A stretch of DNA of 64,000 nucleotides from Octopus sinensis (taxonomy: Eukaryota). A program made the position numbers and the translations under genes. Location: NCBI RefSeq assembly GCF_006345805.1, contig NC_043000.1, positions 71,920,001 to 71,984,000 of the forward strand. Reading direction: 5' to 3'. Position 1 is the stretch's first letter; every line of letters starts with the position of its first letter. Below, piece after piece: positions 63,070 through 64,000 of this stretch. Under the pieces are notes generated by a model that was not told the DNA's origin, ran no database searches, and saw only the letters and a program-made list of their open reading frames with translations.

Positions 63070-63200
63070 CTCTCTCCCCCCTCTCTCTCTATATATATTG
63101 CTGATTTAAACCCAAGCAATTATTGTAATACCTATTACGTTACGTCAGTTGACATACAAGCGCGCGCACACACACACACGCACATATACATGCATATATA

Positions 63201-63583
63201 TGTGGAGGCGCATTGGCCCAGTATTTAGGGCAGAGGACTCGCGGTCATAGGACGGCGGTTTCGATTCCCAGACCGGGCGTTGTGAGTGTTTGTTGAGCGA
63301 AAATATCTAAAGCTCCACGAGGCTCCTTGGGGTGGTGGCGAACCCTGCTGTACTCTTTTACCACAACTTTCTCTCACTCTTTCTTCTGTTGTTCTGCTCG
63401 CTTAGCCATCGGGGTGGTATATTGATTTCCTCTTAAATTAGCTGTTTGACAAAAGATGCCGATAGGATGTACTAGGCTTACAAAAAGTAATCCTGGGGTC
63501 AATTTCTTGGATTACACCCTTCAAGGCAGTGCAGCAGCATGTCCGCCGTCAGTTGACTGAAACAAGTGAAAGAATGAAAGAAT
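63201..63583 (+). mobile_element. Second tRNA-derived SINE family copy
   Basis: tRNA-like head (ggaggcgcattggcccagta...ggtttcgattccc) and LINE-like tail gactgaaacaagtgaaagaatgaaagaat. Confidence 0.65.
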
Positions 63584-63585
63584 AT

Positions 63586-63666
<81 letters not shown>

Positions 63667-63667
<1 letters not shown>

Positions 63668-64000
63668 CCTTAAAGCCTTGAAACTCTACTCTCTCCAGCA
63701 TCGCCGTGAGCGGTACATCATCTGTACGATGTGGAGAATATACGACCAACTTTGCCCAAACGACCAGAACATTAGTTTCAAGGTTCATCCAAGGCTGGGA
63801 CCACGGGCCATACGTCCTCTACCCAATTCAGGATCACAGCATATAGGTACACTGCAACATAATTTCTTTTCCTCAACAGGCCCTGCCCTATTTAACATTG
63901 TCCCGAAAGATATCAAAGACGAAAAGAATCCAATCAACTTTAAACGGAGTCTGGAAAGATTTCTTCAAGGAATACCGGATAGGACACCCATACCTGGATA
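63667..64000 (+). mobile_element. CR1/L2-like LINE 3' fragment, same family as 45345-45990
   Basis: High nucleotide similarity to about 45507-45840; starts right after (TA)n and runs off the window. Confidence 0.88.

Overview
AT-rich, microsatellite-dense animal genomic DNA, most likely an octopus (inferred from the tRNA-derived SINE family, repeat spectrum and a mollusc-type VWA gene; not confirmed by a search). One host gene can be assembled on the minus strand from five phase-compatible GT-AG exons: 62485-62538, 56088-56115, 46351-46914, 12258-12581 and 9384-9970. Together they give 1557 nt, or 518 aa, encoding signal peptide - VWA with intact MIDAS - Thr-rich mucin stalk - degenerate VWA. 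The introns and flanks are mostly transposon relics: R4/Dong-like, Tx1/L1-like, CR1-like (one nearly intact), Penelope-like, mariner/Tc1/maT, hAT, Helitron-like and SINEs. The most notable non-routine signals are: (i) a 1.8-kb fold-back Penelope-like unit with a GIY-YIG ORF and no RT, whose 283/294-bp inverted arms each carry a hammerhead ribozyme, plus several smaller fold-back or decayed hammerhead elements; (ii) two in-phase -1 slippery heptamers in the CR1 ORF1/ORF2 overlap; (iii) a decayed partial copy of the VWA exon, broken at a perfect hairpin; (iv) a 603-bp-arm Tc1 palindrome; (v) a head-to-tail SINE trimer; (vi) stacked R4-like insertions in TAA repeats. All calls were made by eye, with no database searches.
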